Shown in pieces: positions 52,924 through 64,000 of a DNA stretch of 64,000 nucleotides. The stretch is from NCBI RefSeq assembly GCF_009914755.1, contig NC_060944.1; one strand, 5' to 3'. Source of the stretch: the human T2T-CHM13v2.0 reference genome, Homo sapiens. Numbering within the stretch: the first letter of the stretch is position 1; each line of letters begins with the position of its first letter. The notes under the pieces were generated by a model that worked only from the letters and a program-made list of their open reading frames with translations, had not been told where the DNA came from and searched no databases. The position numbers and the translations under genes were made by a program.

Positions 52924-53538
52924 AGAAAGTTAAAGAATAGCCCAAATTAATATAGGAATCATAAAGCTGACATTTCCCATTAGAGAGAAAGAGAGAGAGA
53001 TGGATTATTCACAAATGATATTGGGACAATTAGGTAGCCAGTTGAGAAAAAAAATTAAGATAGCCTTATTCTTTGTATTAAAATATATCTGAGCTGTACC
53101 TAAGGTTTAAATATAAAAAATGAAATTATGAAAATATTAAAATATATCAAAGAATTTTAAAAATAATCTCAAAATGGGGAAGGCCTTTCTAAGTAAAACT
53201 CAGAAACACCCCCAAAAAAAATCCACAGAAACTTTCTGCTTGGGGGAAAAAAGTACTCTCACACATTATCAGTGGAATTGTGAGTAGAATTATTGGCTTC
53301 CACAAGAGCAACTCAGCAAAATTATACATGCACTTACCTATTGACCCAGCAATTCCACATTTAGGAATTTATCTTTCAGATGTACTTGCATGCATACTCA
53401 AAGACACATTTGTACCAGGCTCTTCACACAAACTTGTTTATAAAAGCAAAAGGTTGGAAGCAACCTAAATATGTAATTGGTTAAGTCATAGAATATCATC
53501 ACAATCTAATGTTTTACAGTTGTTAAAGAATGATACCA

Positions 53539-53857
53539 GGTCAGTCATGGTGGCTCACACCTGTAATCCCAGCACTTTGGGAGGCCAAGGTGGGAGGACT
53601 GCTTAAGGCCAGGAGTTAGAGACCAGCCTGGGCCAACACAGTTAAAAAAATAATATATATATACACACACACATATATATATTTTTTAATTAGCTGGGCA
53701 TGGTGGCACATGCTTTTAGTCCTAGCTACTCAGGAGGCTGAGGTTAGAGGATCATCTGTGACCCAAGGTTCGAGACTACAGCAAGCTATGATCACATCAC
53801 TGCATCCCAGCCAAGATGACAGAGCAAGATCCTGTCTCTAAAAATTAAAAAAAAAAA
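53539..53857 (+). mobile_element. Alu (AluJ-like) with a TA/CA microsatellite in the linker
   Basis: Dimer. Confidence 0.88.
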
Positions 53858-54176
53858 TGTAGATTTGGCACAGTTCCATGATAACATTTCCATGATAACA
53901 TTGCTAAGTAAAAAACAAAACAAAACAAAAAAACAACACACAGGACAGTGCATGTGGCATATCACCTCTGATATAAAAAGAAAAGAGAAGCTAGCTTTGT
54001 ATTTGTCTAAAAAGGTCTCTAGAAAAATATATAAAAAACTGGTATCAGTGATTGAGCCTCTGACAGGGCTGGAAGGAGAATGACTTCACTGAATACCTGT
54101 TTATAATATCTTTAGTATTTTGCTGCTAGGATATGTTAATGTTACCTATTAAAGAGAATAAAAAATTTAATTGTAA

Positions 54177-54526
<350 letters not shown>

Positions 54527-54902
54527 TTAAGAAGCTATTTTTAAAGAAAATTGTCCCAGTTGTTTGTAAAGATTCACAGAAATTTAAAAACCTTGATTCT
54601 TATTTAAAAGACTTAGTTGAAAATCCTGGCTTTTTCTGGATAAATGTAGTGAGGAAAAATTATCACAAGGATAATTAGATACTTCACAAATATCCTATAG
54701 CTATCTGTCTTAAATCAGCATTTGCTTAGATAAGGTAATCATTTAATGATCATTTTAATTATACATTTATAATTATATATAAATTGTTTCTTCTCAGTTG
54801 TCTAATATCTCTCGAATGACAGTAAAATAACATGAATAATGCACATTATTGTCTTAATCTAATGAGATTGCCGTTTCATGAATAGAATATGTGTGGCTAT
54901 AT

Positions 54903-54936
54903 ACACACACACACGCACACACACACACACACACAC
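54903..54936. repeat. Interrupted (AC)n microsatellite
   Basis: acacacacacacgcacacacacacacacacacac. Confidence 0.95.
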
Positions 54937-56109
54937 GGAATTTCCATCTATACTTGCTAATACACTACTTTTTACTGAGTTGGAAAATGTACTCCTTGAG
55001 CGCAGAATTACATTGATTGTAATCCTCTAATACTACATTGATTACATCCAGTGTAGCAATACAATACTCCTTGAGGATAACAGCGATCTTACTCATTACT
55101 TTACCCACTCAATAACAGTTAGCTTTTTAAAGTATTTCTCTTTATTCAAAGGTAAGCACTACTGATGAGCAGCTCTGACTTCACTAGGAAATCTTCCATG
55201 TCTTTGATCTCTTTTGGTTTTGGCATTAGACTGACATTTTTGGAGAAAACTCTGATTGAGCTATGTGAGGCTACTTTAGTAAAGCAGTTATATCAACATA
55301 CAGGAAGAATAATAATTACAATCTGGTTGAAACCACACTGCAGCACTTTACCAGGCAGAATCAGAGCATGAAGCCACATGAAATACGGACTTAGAATAAA
55401 CTTTAGATGTAAGTTTGTAACACAGATTACAAACTTGGATGTAAAACAAGAAATATAAAATTTCATCACAGGTACCTGGTAGCACTTCAGTATTTTGTCT
55501 TTTTTTTTTTTGCTGTTGTTCATTTGTACACTTCAGTATTTTGAATAAGCTCCTTGTTTTCAATTAGTTATAGAATAATTTACTTCTGCAAACAAACTAC
55601 AAGGTTGTAAGTCTCGTACAATTGGTAGACTGGACATTGTATCTCTCTAGGGTCTCCCTTGAAAATAGCTCCATGGATTCCATTAATGACTTTGGCTTTA
55701 AATTTCATGGAAACTGACAGATTTGGGATTTTCATATTTGAAATTCTCTTCCTAGTGTCATAATTTCCAAAGCAAAAAGGCTAGACATTGGCTTAAATAA
55801 GTCAAAATAATATGCAAGTAAATCTTTGTATTAAATAGACTACAGTGTTCAGCTTACTACTTTGTTTCTTTGTCATATTGGTTTAGGTTCAAATGGATTG
55901 TTAATAATAAAAATGTTATAAGCACAATTTTAAATATATCATCTATGGATTTTGATTACATCCAATGTAGCAATACAATTAATCTAGGAAAAATTACCTA
56001 AAAAGAGTTAGCCTGATGTATAATCCCTGAAACTGGAGAACCTTTTTTTTCCAAGTGATTAATTTGGATATTAATCAAAATGAACATTTTACATTGTGCT
56101 TTAGAGTTT

Positions 56110-56630
<521 letters not shown>

Positions 56631-56802
56631 TGGACTGCACTGGTAGGGTTAGAATGGATACACAAGTAAAAACAATTTCCGTGGTTGGTTCCTGTGGGCA
56701 GTTAGTATGCTGATGCATCTTGGATCATCTTCACTGCCTTAGAGGGCCTCCAGAAAGGCCCACACCATAATTTCTAAATAACTGGCAACAAGGTATATAT
56801 TT

Positions 56803-57060
56803 TTAAACTTTTTATTTTGAAATAATTTTCGATTTATAGAAAAGTTGCAAGAGTTCCCAAATACCCTTCGCCTAACTTCCCCAAATGTTAAAATCTTACC
56901 TAAGGATAGCAGAAAGACAGGAAATCAACAGATATAATCCTATTAACTAAAATACAGACTTTATGCAATTTTCACCAGCTTTCCCACTAATATTCTTTTT
57001 CTGTTCTAGGATCCCACATTGCATTAATTGTATCTCTTTAGTCTCCTCCAATCTGTGACA
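56803..57060 (-). mobile_element. L1MC-like 3' end
   Basis: aaacttttttattttgaaataattttcgatttatagaaaagttgcaa. Confidence 0.75.
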
Positions 57061-59499
57061 AAGAACTGTGTCTTTTAAATTAAAATTAATCAATGTTCAT
57101 TTTATTCTGAAAATGTCATGGCACTTCTCGAAACAGTATTGAATATTACAAACCTCCTTTGGGAATTGCTAGGTCTATGAGATAATCAAGAAAACATCCT
57201 GAAATAAAGAGCCAGAGTGGCCCTAAAGATAGAAAAAAGAAAATCACTCTTTAAATAAAGGTAGGAATTGGCTGTGACAATCTGAATGTATCAGTTGTAT
57301 TTGTGACACCTGTCCATCAACAGTCAGTTATAACTCCCTGGAAAAGCACAGGGTTAAAACACCTACCTCTGGAGTATAACAGATAGAAATCAATACAACT
57401 CTGTTTAATGGAGCAGTCATTAAAGAGTTATTTAATTTGTTTTAAATTAAAGGAGTTGAGTTTGTTCATTCTACAGACAGGGTAAATTAATAACTAAATT
57501 CAAGTATACAAAGGTGATTAGAAGGCACTAAATTTTCTCTACATAGTGATCTCCTTTTCTAATTGGTAGCATAAAGTTGCTGAACTGTCAGTGATCCTAA
57601 TTCAAAACCAAACCCCTGGGAAAGGTGACGAGTCTTTGGACCCTGTTGAAGCTACTCTGGGAGAAGTGTCAACAGGGTTCTCTATAAACCTCGACAGCTC
57701 ACTTCTTATTCTTGAGGATTCTAGATTGAGCACATTAATTCCAGGACTTTAATGGTGAATTCTTAGTTACCCAAAAAGGTATTAGAATTCCTACAGGAGT
57801 TTAGAATCCCTGAAGACAAAAGACTAGAATGCATAAACTGCACGTACTAAAAGTGAAATAAAGAAGTTTAGTAAACCACAAGCACTTCTAGAGTGGTAAA
57901 ACAGCAACAAGCTAACAAATGAAAAATGGAAGATTCTTTCATTGTACAGCCTTAAAAGTGAGAGAAAACAATGTCACTGATAGTTTAGCAATTCATAGCC
58001 AGGAACTGAGAGCAAATTAGAGAAAGCTGCATGGCACTAAGTGGGTTCCATGAAAGATGGCATAGCAGAGGCAGTAACCTTACAGAGTTGAGTTTAGCCA
58101 CGCCCCACCACGGGGACTTGTAGGCAAGTCTCAATGTCCCATCTATAATATAGGGAGAGTTACCCACATCCACCTCTGGGGTGTGCCTGGCATATAGTGA
58201 GTGCTCATCATTCCCATCAGGTCTCTTTTTGTTCTCTGGTGTGAGGCTGGCATTGGGGTTAGGAATCATTTGGGCCTGAGCCACATCTCCCTGGGCCACT
58301 CTGGGTTAGATCTACATCTTTGAGCCTGAACCACAAGTGGACTCCTTTCTGAAGTGACAGGGGCAGGGTACAGAATACTGAGAAACAGACATTAGTTTAG
58401 CCACATTTCTTCAACAACAATTTCCAGATAGCCAACCTGTATAAATTAAAACCCTATCTGTTTTTAGATCTAAATTTTGTAGAAGGAAAATTCTACAGCC
58501 ACAAAACAGCATCTAAGATGTTCATGACTAATTCAGCATTCTTCAAATGGTTATGAATCAGCAAAGTGTGCAGGCTGCCTGGTAGTTTGACACTGGTGAT
58601 AATTACCTTGCATTTCTAAAAATTACAGTCCTAAGCACTGCCTGGAAGTCTCCCCTTTGTTTACTAGGATCACCTCGTTCTTTTAAGAAAGATATGTGAA
58701 GACTTCATCTTTAAAATGATTTTAGGCAGCCAATGGAACAACTGAGACGATGGGGCAGATCAAATGTTATTTCAATATTTGGGGGGTGAATTTGGTTCTG
58801 CTTTTTTTTTTCAAAAATGCTGAAAAATCACAATCATTTCAGAACAGTGAATAATCCTCTAAATGAGTCTTAAAGAATCAAGACTTGCAATTTCATTAGC
58901 CCTGAAAGCTCTCTTTCCTTTATAAAAATGTTTTACAAGACTACTACTAATCTTCATCACACAAAGCGCTATTATTCTGGTTTTATAGATGGATATATTG
59001 AAGACTATACAAGTTTGTAATTTTTCTCTTCCTTCAAGATCAGGAATGAATGATGAGTGCCTCAGGTCATATGAAGCTGTACAAGATATATGCTCCCAGT
59101 AAGGTCACAGTACGTCAAGAGTTGGGTCTATTCTCTACTTCATCATTTTCCCCAGGGGCTCACAGACTCACTGGAAAAATTTACACTTAACCAAACTCAC
59201 AAGAGGTTGGCTCATAAACCATAATATCAACTCCAAAATTCAAACCAGAAAATATATTTAGCAGGTTTCTTTTGGAAGATTCTCTGCACTAACACAATTA
59301 CAGAAAAGAGAATGACATATTCTTTTTAAAATATATATATTTTGTAGAGATCGGATCTTGTATATTAGTATATTCTCCGAATGGACATTTCCATTTAGAG
59401 AATCAGTATCGGCTACGAGAAACAGAAGCCTCCTTCTCTAGAGGAAGCTAGAGAATGGTAGCTGCTCTTTGGTTTTCCTTTTGTTTATCATTAATGAGT

Positions 59500-60303
<804 letters not shown>

Positions 60304-60404
60304 ATGTTCTAGGTAGGTCAGTACTATTTTAAATTATTTTGTATTCACAGACCATTTAGAATAACAGATCATGGATTCTAATTCTAGGTCAGAAAAATAC
60401 AGGA

Positions 60405-60699
60405 TTTTTTTTTTTTTTGAGGCAGGGTCTTGTTCTGTTGCCCAGGTTGGAGTGCAATGGTGTGATCATGGCTCACTGTAGCCTCAAACTCCCATGCCCA
60501 GACAATCCTCCCTCTTCAGCCTCCAGAGTAGCTCGAACCACAGACATGTGCTACCACGCCCAGCTAATTATTTTTTTTTTTCCACAGATGGGGTTTCCCT
60601 ATGTTTCCCAGGCTGCTCTCAAACCCCTGGGCTCAAGTGATCTTCCTGCTTTGGCATCCCAAAGTGTTGGGGCTACGGATGTAAGCCACTGCACCTGGA
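60405..60699 (-). mobile_element. Alu (AluJ-like)
   Basis: Full dimer. Confidence 0.9.
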
Positions 60700-61134
60700 C
60701 AGAAAAATATGGCTTTTGCTAAGACTATAGATACTTATGACACTACATTAGGCAACTAATTAGAATACAGGAAATCTAACATTACAATGTAATCTTTTTG
60801 ATATGATGTAAGAAATAATGGGGACCATCGGCAATACATTTGCCAATTATTTTCACAGAACTATATTCAGCACTAATTAAGTATCGCAGTCCAAATGCCC
60901 CACTTTTCAGAGGAAGAGATTGAGGCACACAGACGCTGGGTTTTCAAAGCTAAAAGGCTGGCTTTTATTTTTCAAACTACATCCAAAAATTTGAGGGGGA
61001 ATATGCTCTAAGGGTTGCACTTCTAAGTATCCTGTCCCCAACAGCTCATTTATACTAATATGCAATAATTGGTTATCCTGAAATAAAATACTTAGCATTC
61101 AGCCCATCAAGCTCACATAAGAATAAAAAATGTG

Positions 61135-62087
<953 letters not shown>

Positions 62088-62451
62088 ATGTAGCATGTAA
62101 CCATAGATATCATATAAGAATGTCTGAGTTATGCAGGATAGTCAGCTGGAAAATTAGTTACAAGAGAACAGCAAATAAAAGTGAGAGTGTTGCAACAGTT
62201 TTAGTTACAACAGTCCTATAGAGTTGCACATTATTATCCTTTGTACTGAAAGATTCACTAACAACCATGACATTATTCATATATACAAATGCAGCTAAAA
62301 GGAATGATGGGACATGAATCTTTTCCACATTCTACACTAGAACACCATTCTTAGGTCTATAGCTACAGTAACCGTTTATAGGGCTTTTCTCGTCATTTGT
62401 GACTGAAGACTCATGAAACACTAGTCAATTTTCTTTGTTTAAAAAAAGTCA

Positions 62452-62769
<318 letters not shown>

Positions 62770-62829
62770 GTCACTTCATCTCTTCTTCCTTCAGGATAAG
62801 TCAGTATATCTCTAAGAGCCTTAAGATAA

Positions 62830-63175
62830 AAAAGAACATGGATGAACCTTGAAAACATCATATTAAGTGAAAAAAGCCAGTCATAAAGGATACATTTTTA
62901 AAATCCTATTTATATAAGAGGCCCAGAATAAGCAAATCTATAGAAATAGAAAGTAGATTGGTAGTTGCTTAGAGCAAGGGAAGGGGGAGGAGCGGGGAGA
63001 ATGAGGGGACTGAGGAGCGAAGGCCATTCTTTTTGGAATAATGATAACTAAAATGTTCTAAAATTGATTGTGGTGATAGACAGAAAACTCTAATATTCTA
63101 AAAGCCACTGAATTGTACACTTTGAGCAAACTATATGGGATATAAATTATGTCTCAATAAAGCTGTTAAAAAAAG
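62830..63175 (+). mobile_element. Old L1 3' UTR end (L1MB/ME-like)
   Basis: catggatgaaccttgaaaacat...tctcaataaagctgttaaaaaa. Confidence 0.85.
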
Positions 63176-63205
63176 GCAAAAGAGAATTGCCTAAAACAAT
63201 CATCA

Positions 63206-63516
<311 letters not shown>

Positions 63517-63965
63517 TTATATTAATGCATATATAATCTCCTTAAAAGTTAAGAACTATGTAGTACAGTTAGGCAGTTACAATTTTTACATCATCTGACA
63601 TCCACCGAAATGGAACTTCTGACCAGCCACAGTTCAGCAGCCAGGCTAAGCTGGCTGCATAACTGAACTCATATTTATAAAAAGAGGGGAACTGAGATGT
63701 AGCAAAAATTGTTTGTTGTTATTCCTTGCTTAATAACAATAATCATTAGGAGAGCTAAGGAGATAAACTACACTCACAATAACTGGAATATTCAATGATA
63801 ATTATCCCCATTTTGAGGCTAAATAGTGATTCACCAAGGCCAAATAGGTAACAAATAATAGGGTCAAAACTTACTTGAATCCCACACGCTTCTCTGTATA
63901 TCACCCTGCTTCTTTTTTACCTTTATGGAAATTTACTTGGAACTTACTATGCAAAAATATATGTG

Positions 63966-64000
63966 GCCAGGCGCAGTGGCTCATGCCTGTAATCCTAGCA
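63966..64000 (+). mobile_element. Alu 5' end (cut by window edge)
   Basis: ggccaggcgcagtggctcatgcctgtaatcc. Confidence 0.9.

Noticed and set aside
57985-58299. 104-aa non-Alu ORF on the - strand
   Set aside because: No recognisable domain, overlaps a probable MIR remnant, and has no convincing exon structure.

Overview
Human/primate intronic DNA lying inside the RNF24 gene (RING finger protein 24, a membrane-anchored RING-H2 E3 ligase), which is transcribed from the - strand. Three constitutive coding exons can be read with canonical splice sites: 26806-26955 (ATG at 26948), 11160-11202 and 8099-8140. Spliced together they give [76 protein letters not shown]. The RING exons and the promoter/first exon are outside the window. 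The rest is mostly transposon-derived: about 70 Alu copies or fragments, several old L1s including a near-full-length L1MD-like element at ~32.2-40.0 kb, MaLR LTRs, MIR/L2, a MER44/Tigger and a hAT element. The best signal is an alternative start-codon exon (~37279-37347) made from the antisense strand of the L1 reverse-transcriptase region. It adds 21 aa in frame, brings an N-glycosylation sequon, and is phase-compatible with skipping the transmembrane exon. Other candidates are poison exons in introns 3 and 4, and several templated-insertion repair scars. I see no prokaryote-like or wholly new system. Repeat boundaries are approximate (about +/-10-50 bp) and subfamily names are by eye. Exon numbers follow my recollection of the RNF24 annotation.
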